Source: Balanoglossus misakiensis (Eukaryota; Animalia; Hemichordata). Taken from it: 64,000 nucleotides of DNA. Position numbers and translations under genes: made by a program. Shown one piece after another: positions 61,401 to 64,000 of the stretch. Position 1 is the stretch's first letter; every line of letters starts with the position of its first letter. Under the pieces are notes generated by a model. It was not told the origin of the DNA, made no database searches, and saw only the letters and a program-made list of their open reading frames with translations. Where the stretch lies: contig CM082589.2 in assembly GCA_040954595.2 (NCBI GenBank), forward strand, positions 11,110,894-11,174,893. Direction: 5' to 3'.

Positions 61401-64000
61401 AAAACTGGTGAAAATCATCAAAAAATGACACATTTACGACTTTGCAAAATCTCAAAATTTCGTCGATTTTTGAAAAAAATTCATGGGTGAAAATCATCAA
61501 AAAATGACAAATTTTCGTCTTTGCAAAATCTCAAAATTTCGTCGATTTTTGAAAAAAATCATGGGTGAAAATCATCAAAAAATGACAAATTTTCGACTTT
61601 GCAAAATCTCAAAATTTCGTCAATTTTTGAAAAAATCATGGGTGAAAATCATCAAAAAATGACAAATTTTGAAAAAAAAACGGGTGAAAATCATCAAAAA
61701 ATGACACATTTTCGTCGACTTTGCAAAATCTCAAAATTTCGTCCTTTTTTGAAAAAAATCATGGGTGAAAATCATCAAAAAATGACAAATTTTCGACTTT
61801 GCAAAATCTCAAAATTTCGTCGATTTTTGAAAAAAATCATGGGGGAAAATCATGAAAAAATGACAAATTTTGAAAAAAAAAACTGGTGAAAATCATCAAA
61901 AAATGACACATTTACGACTTTGCAAAATCTCAAAATTTCGTCCATTTTTGAAAAAAAATCATGGGTAAAAATCATCAAAAATGACAAATTTTTGTCTTTG
62001 CAAAATCTCAAGTTTTCGTCGATTTTTGAAAAAAAATCATGGTTGAAAATCATCAAAAAATGACAAAATTTTCGACTTTGTAAAATCACAAAATTTCGTC
62101 GATTTTTGAAAAAAATCATGGGGGAAAATCATGAAAAAATGACAAATTTTCCTCTTTGCAAAATCTCAAAATTTCGTCGATTTTTGAAAAAAAATCATGG
62201 GTGAAAATCATCAAAAAATGACAAATTTTCGTCTTTGCAAAATCTCAAAATTTCATCCATTTTTGAAAAAAAATCATGGGTAAAAATCATCAAAAATGAC
62301 AAATTTTCGTCTTTGCAAAATCTCAAATTTTCGTCGATTTTTGAAAAAAAATCATGGTTGAAAATCATCAAAAAATGACAAAATTTTCGACTTTGTAAAA
62401 TCACAAAATTTCGTCGATTTTGAAACAAATCATAGGTTCGTCGATTTTTTAAAAAAAAACATGTGTGAAAATCATCAAAAAATGACACATTTTCGTCGAC
62501 TTTGCAAAATCTCAAAATTTCGTCGATTTTTGAAAAAAATCATGGGGGAAAATCATGAAAAAATGACAAATTTTCCTCTGCAAAATCTCAAAATTTCGTC
62601 GATTTTTAAAAAAAGACGGGTGAAAATCATCAAAAAATAACAAATTTTCGACTTTGCAAAATCTCAAAATTTCGTCGATTTTTGAAAAAAATCATGTGTG
62701 AAAATCATCAAAAAATGACAAATTTTCGTCTTTGCAAAATCTCACAATTTCGTAGATTTTTGAAAAAAATCATGGGGGAAAATCATGAAAAAATGACAAA
62801 TTTTGAAAAAAAAAACTGGTGAAAATCATCAAAAAATGACACATTTACGACTTTGCAAAATCTCAAAATTTCGTCCATTTTTGAAAAAAAATCATGGGTA
62901 AAAATCATCAAAAATGACAAATTTTTGTCTTTGCAAAATCTCAAGTTTTCGTCGATTTTTGAAAAAAAATCATGGTTGAAAATCATCAAAAAATGACAAA
63001 ATTTTCGACTTTGTAAAATCACAAAATTTCGTCGATTTTTGAAAAAAATCATGGGGGAAAATCATGAAAAAATGACAAATTTTCCTCTTTGCAAAATCTC
63101 AAAATTTCGTCGATTTTTGAAAAAAAATCATGGGTGAAAATCATCAAAAAATGACAAATTTTCGTCTTTGCAAAATCTCAAAATTTCATCCATTTTTGAA
63201 AAAAAATCATGGGTAAAAATCATCAAAAATGACAAATTTTCGTCTTTGCAAAATCTCAAATTTTCGTCGATTTTTGAAAAAAAATCATGGTTGAAAATCA
63301 TCAAAAAATGACAAAATTTTCGACTTTGTAAAATCACAAAATTTCGTCGATTTTGAAACAAATCATAGGTTCGTCGATTTTTTAAAAAAAAACATGTGTG
63401 AAAATCATCAAAAAATGACAAATTTTGAAAAAAAAACAGGTGAAAATCATCAAAAAATGACACATTTTCGTCGACTTTGCAAAATCTCAAAATTTCGTCG
63501 ATTTTTGAAAAAAATCATGGGGGAAAATCATGAAAAAATGACAAATTTTCCTCTGCAAAATCTCAAAATTTCGTCGATTTTTAAAAAAAGACGGGTGAAA
63601 ATCATCAAAAAATAACAAATTTTCGACTTTGCAAAATCTCAAAATTTCGTCGATTTTTGAAAAAAATCATGTGTGAAAATCATCAAAAAATGACAAATTT
63701 TCGTCTTTGCAAAATCTCACAATTTCGTAGATTTTTGAAAAAAATCATGTGTGAAAATCATCAAAAAATGACAAATTTTCGACTTTGCAAAATCTCAAAA
63801 TTTCGTCAATTTTTGAAAAAATCATGGGTGAAAATCATCAAAAAATGACAAATTTTCGTCTTTGCAAAATCTCACAATTTCGTAGATTTTTGAAAAAAAT
63901 CATGTGTGAAAATCATCAAAAAATGACAAATTTTCGACTTTGCAAAATCTCAAAATTTCGTCAATTTTTGAAAAAATCATGGGTGAAAATCATCAAAAAA
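58416..64000. repeat. ~78-bp A-tract satellite with shorter variants and a 933-bp higher-order repeat; runs off the window
   Basis: Unit TTTCGACTTTGCAAAATCTCAAAATTTCGTCGATTTTTGAAAAAAATCATGGGTGAAAATCATCAAAAAATGACAAAT; identical ORF translations offset by 933 bp (61850/62783; matching ends 62195/63128). Confidence 0.97.

Noticed and set aside
58466-63848. Lys/Phe-rich 26-aa repeat ORFs
   Set aside because: Translation of the 78-bp satellite, constantly frameshifted by A-run length variation.

Overview
AT-rich eukaryotic (animal, probably marine invertebrate; taxon is an inference) repeat-dense region with no recognisable housekeeping gene. From left to right: (1) the right part of an apparently intact EnSpm/CACTA (CMC) DNA transposon carrying a 3-exon, 878-aa transposase (464-4268; the ORF track shows only exon 3), whose right terminus (5293) abuts (2) a ~14-kb 90/74-bp tandem array with higher-order structure; (3) small tandem repeats (19.7-22.0 kb); (4) a 22-56 kb field of Helentron/HINE-like fragments, Kolobok-, P-, Tc1- and Transib-like MITEs, L2 and RTE-X-like LINE fragments and a hAT (ZNF862-like) pseudogene; (5) a cluster of degenerate hammerhead-like folds (58.2-58.4 kb) followed by a ~78-bp A-tract satellite running off the window. 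The most unusual signal is a duplicated minus-strand locus (31.0-33.6 kb and 38.0-40.1 kb). It has two small paralogous exons with strong splice signals whose centres are reverse-complementary, so splicing would build a miRNA-sized hairpin across the exon junction. A third hairpin nearby has similar loop motifs but unrelated arms. All long ORFs in 5.3-19.3 kb and 58.4-64 kb are treated as artefacts of repeat periodicity.
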